Source: Eledone cirrhosa (taxonomy: Eukaryota). Taken from it: 64,000 nucleotides of DNA. The notes under the pieces were generated by a model. That model worked only from the letters and a program-made list of their open reading frames with translations, had not been told where the DNA came from and ran no database searches. Positions 62,701 through 64,000 of the stretch are shown here, one piece after another. Position 1 is the first letter of the stretch; each line of letters opens with the position of its first letter. Position numbers and translations under genes: made by a program. The stretch is from NCBI GenBank assembly GCA_964016885.1, contig OZ024745.1, forward strand, positions 44,888,001-44,952,000, given 5' to 3'.

Positions 62701-64000
62701 ATATAGCTTTGACAGAGCTTCAATACTCGACATTGATATGGCTTTTAGAAGTTTACACATTTTTTTTTTGTGGGACCATCCATTATCTATGGTCAGTTCT
62801 AAGTCAAATAACATTTGAAAAAAATATCACACAAATTTATCCGACAGTATGATTTTTCCAGGAATTATATTTGGGGTCGGGTCATGTCCTAATATTGCCA
62901 AAATAATAATTTAGCTGGCAATTAATGTTTATCATTGATAGACCAACCATTAAACTTATAAATATAATTTCTCAAAGTTCTTTCATCACACATATTTTTT
63001 TCTGTGACATCTTCAGCGATTTCCTCTCATTGTGTTTCTATAACGTTTTTTGTTTTTGGGTGCCAGCTAAATTATTTATAAAAATATATAGATATACTGA
63101 ACTGAAGTGAGAAGCAAACCAAACAGTGGGTGTGTTTTTTTATTATTTTGGACAACATGACCCAAATATAACAATATCTGTTTCAACACATGATTTCATA
63201 TCAAAACCCTTGCAAAACAAATACATAGATTTTCCCAGGGTTTGTTTGTAATATATATATATATATATTTATATATATCGTTAATTTTAGAGAGAGGAAA
63301 GGTTGAAGAACGTCCATACACATATGCATATATATACAAAGTGTTAAAACGATCAAATTTTAGTTTAGAACATTTATTAGCTGACAATTGTTTCTTCCAG
63401 AGGGAAGTCTGGAATCATCGGAGCATAAGGAATGTCGAAACGTGTAACTAGAATCCTAGTCATTTAGAACATTTAGGGTACATAGTTGTTATTAGTGTCA
63501 AAGGCATCATGTGGAGATTCAGGAGTTAAAAAGATGTTTCACTTGAAATAACACAATTACAGGCAGCACTGGTTGGAAGTGTAATAGGTATATATATATA
63601 TATATATATATGGATATATATACATATGTGTGTGTGTGTGTCACCATTCTTAGGTTTCCTCTCTCTAAAGTTAGCGATACATATATTACAAACAAACATA
63701 TATATATATGTACGGTAATACACACACACACACGTCTCTAATTTAAGAACGCTGACACACACACGTGCACACGCATGCATACACACAGTCCCATTACGAC
63801 TTTTATGAAAGAGAGAGAGAAAGAGTAATAACGTTAAGGAAGGGGAGAGTTAAAAAATAAAATACGCTGGTATCATTTTTTTTCTTCTGTTCTCTTACTC
63901 TCTCATTGCCTCTCTCTGTCTCTTTCCCTCTCTGTCATCCCCTCTCTCTCTCTCTCTCTTTCATCGCCCCTCTTTCTCTCATCCCTTACTCTCTCTCTCA

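Overview
AT-rich, repeat-dense eukaryotic DNA that is probably intronic or intergenic. The SINE/LINE repertoire and (TA)n/(CA)n density suggest an octopus (coleoid cephalopod) genome; this is inferred from remembered repeat families, not from a search. The only long genuine ORF is a 5'-truncated but uninterrupted RTE-clade LINE (12086-15260, minus strand), whose reverse transcriptase carries an internal C4HC3 PHD-type zinc finger. The rest is mostly mobile-element relics: four tRNA-headed SINE families, RTE/CR1/CRE LINE fossils, TTAA (piggyBac-type) MITEs, mariner/Tc2/Tigger relics, a decayed Helitron PIF1 helicase, and mini/microsatellites. Notable items: a complete minimal type I hammerhead ribozyme motif (15527-15590, minus) and a U3-A8 core variant (54959-54994); a SINE/CR1 pair sharing a 3' stem-loop with a compensatory change; repeated SINE insertion into one site; two long foldbacks; and two short candidate alternative first coding exons (43101-43147, 54074-54122) of an unidentified + strand host gene. 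Almost all short ORFs in the track are spurious.
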